Source: Escherichia phage vB_EcoM_G4498. Taken from it: a stretch of 64,000 bases of DNA. Below, piece by piece: positions 63,990-64,000 of the stretch. The translations under genes were made by a program, and so were the position numbers. The notes beneath the pieces are model-generated. The model saw only the letters and a program-made list of their open reading frames with translations, was not told where the DNA came from and searched no databases. Numbering within the stretch: the first letter of the stretch is position 1; each line of letters opens with the position of its first letter. The stretch lies in the sequence record NC_054918.1; one strand, written 5' to 3'.

Positions 63990-64000
63990 AATTTTCCTTA

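Overview
This window is a contiguous ~64 kb segment of a T-even (T4-like, Tequatrovirus-type) Escherichia phage genome, running from the 3' part of gene 23 (major capsid protein) to the start of rIIB, and collinear with the T4 map. I recognise most proteins from memory of T4 sequences; no search was run. The window contains: capsid genes 23/24, rnlB, hoc, inh; uvsW and uvsY; the baseplate block 25-26-51-27-28-29-48-54; alt plus a full-length alt paralog; DNA ligase (30) and small 30.x ORFs; rIII, 31, cd and cd.x ORFs; pseT; alc; rnlA; denA; nrdB; nrdA; td; frd; 32 with its translational operator; 59, 33, dsbA, rnh; the tail-fibre genes 34-35-36-37-38; t; asiA; arn; motA; 52; ac-like and stp; ndd; denB; rIIB. 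Plus-strand late genes carry TATAAATA late promoters. Minus-strand early genes carry GTTTAC-N17/18-TAnnnT early promoters, and many gene junctions carry GC-rich tetraloop hairpins. I found no rRNA, tRNA, CRISPR array, transposon or intron. I do not see convincing evidence of a wholly new multi-gene system. The notable departures from the T4 reference as I remember it are: a Hoc with one extra Ig-like repeat; two tandem full-length Alt-type ADP-ribosyltransferase genes; a T2-type adhesin module (gp37 with a cleavable C-terminal chaperone domain, plus glycine-rich gp38); an extra 115-aa ORF between frd and td; uninterrupted td and nrdB and no seg-type genes at the 23/24 and inh/uvsW junctions; and an ORF-poor ~400-nt segment downstream of rIII. 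Names for the small x.n ORFs are positional only.
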